A DNA stretch of 64,000 nt from Eledone cirrhosa (lineage: Eukaryota), in contig CAXHJY010001591.1 of assembly GCA_964016885.1 (NCBI GenBank), positions 194,588 to 258,587 of the forward strand, written 5' to 3'. Shown piece by piece: positions 63,236 to 64,000 of this stretch. Position 1 is the stretch's first letter. Every line of letters begins with the position of its first letter. The translations under genes and the position numbers were made by a program. Below the pieces are notes generated by a model that saw nothing but the letters and a program-made list of their open reading frames with translations, had not been told where the DNA came from and ran no database searches.

Positions 63236-63266
<31 letters not shown>

Positions 63267-63313
63267 ATATATATGTGTGTGTGTGTATATATATATATAT
63301 GTGTGTATATATA
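62877..63313. repeat. Compound (TA)n/(TG)n microsatellite
   Basis: Directly visible. Confidence 0.97.
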
Positions 63314-63994
63314 CAGCTGTATAACAAAGTGCAGGGCAATAAAGATAGACGGTAGCCACGGAGTAGGCAGACCCAGAAAAACCTGGGAAATTCCGACCTC
63401 ACACGCTTACACCTCTCAAGACAATGTCACTGGACCGAGACCTTTGGCGGTACTCAGTAATAGAGAAGACCCCGCCTTACCTAAATACAAAGTAAAAACC
63501 TACTACAGTCAGTAGGCATCTCTATCAAAACACACCCCCGTCCCACCACCCCCACCCCATCCACACCGCCTCTTTCAATGTAAAGTTATGTTGGTGCCAC
63601 AACATCCAGGCCGAAACAAATGAGATCGTGTAGGTGTCACGACAAAAAAAAACACAGTCCACGCTGTAAATGTGGCCATGTAGGCAACACGGTAAAAACC
63701 TCCCAGCCCCACACTGTGAATGTGGTTGGTGTTAGGAAGGGCATCCATCTGTAGAAAACCGCCAGACAGTCCACGCTGTAATGTGGCCGTGTAGGCAACA
63801 CGGTAAAAATCTCCCAGCCCCACACTGTAAATGTGGTTCGTGTTAGGAAGGGCATCCAGCTGTAGAAAACCCGCCAGACTGTCCTATGCGAGCAAGACAA
63901 CCACTCTTCTCTTGCCTCAAGTGGGAAAACCCCCGTCCAAACCCATGCAAGCGTGGAACACGGACGCTAAACCTGATGATGATGATGATGATGG
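63313..63994 (+). mobile_element. RTE 3' end with internal ~117-bp tandem duplication
   Basis: [43 protein letters not shown] occurs at ~63655 and ~63767, followed by a (GAT)n tail. Confidence 0.88.
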
Positions 63995-64000
63995 TGTGTG

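Noticed and set aside
60544-63515. Long Y/I/C/V/H/T-rich ORFs (also at 26.1-26.5, 48.4 and 55.2-55.6 kb)
   Set aside because: These are translations of stop-free microsatellites, not genes.

Overview
This is eukaryotic, AT-rich, repeat-dominated DNA. The SINE and LINE repertoire and the huge TA/TG microsatellites resemble an octopod cephalopod genome, which is my inference and not proven. Most of the window is nested transposon debris: many RTE-clade LINE copies (several with a PHD-like finger inside the RT region), R4/Dong, Tx1, CR1 and CRE non-LTR fragments, a decayed Gypsy-like element, a solo LTR, a near-complete IR/DR Tc1, a maT-like mariner remnant, piggyBac-type MITEs and tRNA-derived SINEs. 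I found no rRNA, intact tRNA or CRISPR array. The least explained part is 33.5-37.1 kb. It holds a TA-flanked TIR element, a 1.2-kb modular double foldback whose two loops carry telomere-like TTAGGG/CCCTAA, and a clean, CpG-retaining 99-aa orphan ORF flanked by candidate 21-23 nt GT-AG mini-introns. Other points of interest are a non-autonomous retroelement with a covarying structured 5' end, a 1.3-kb templated duplication, a six-copy co-oriented non-coding motif, and a CpG-rich promoter-like region at 46.4-48.3 kb. All coordinates and alignments were done by eye.
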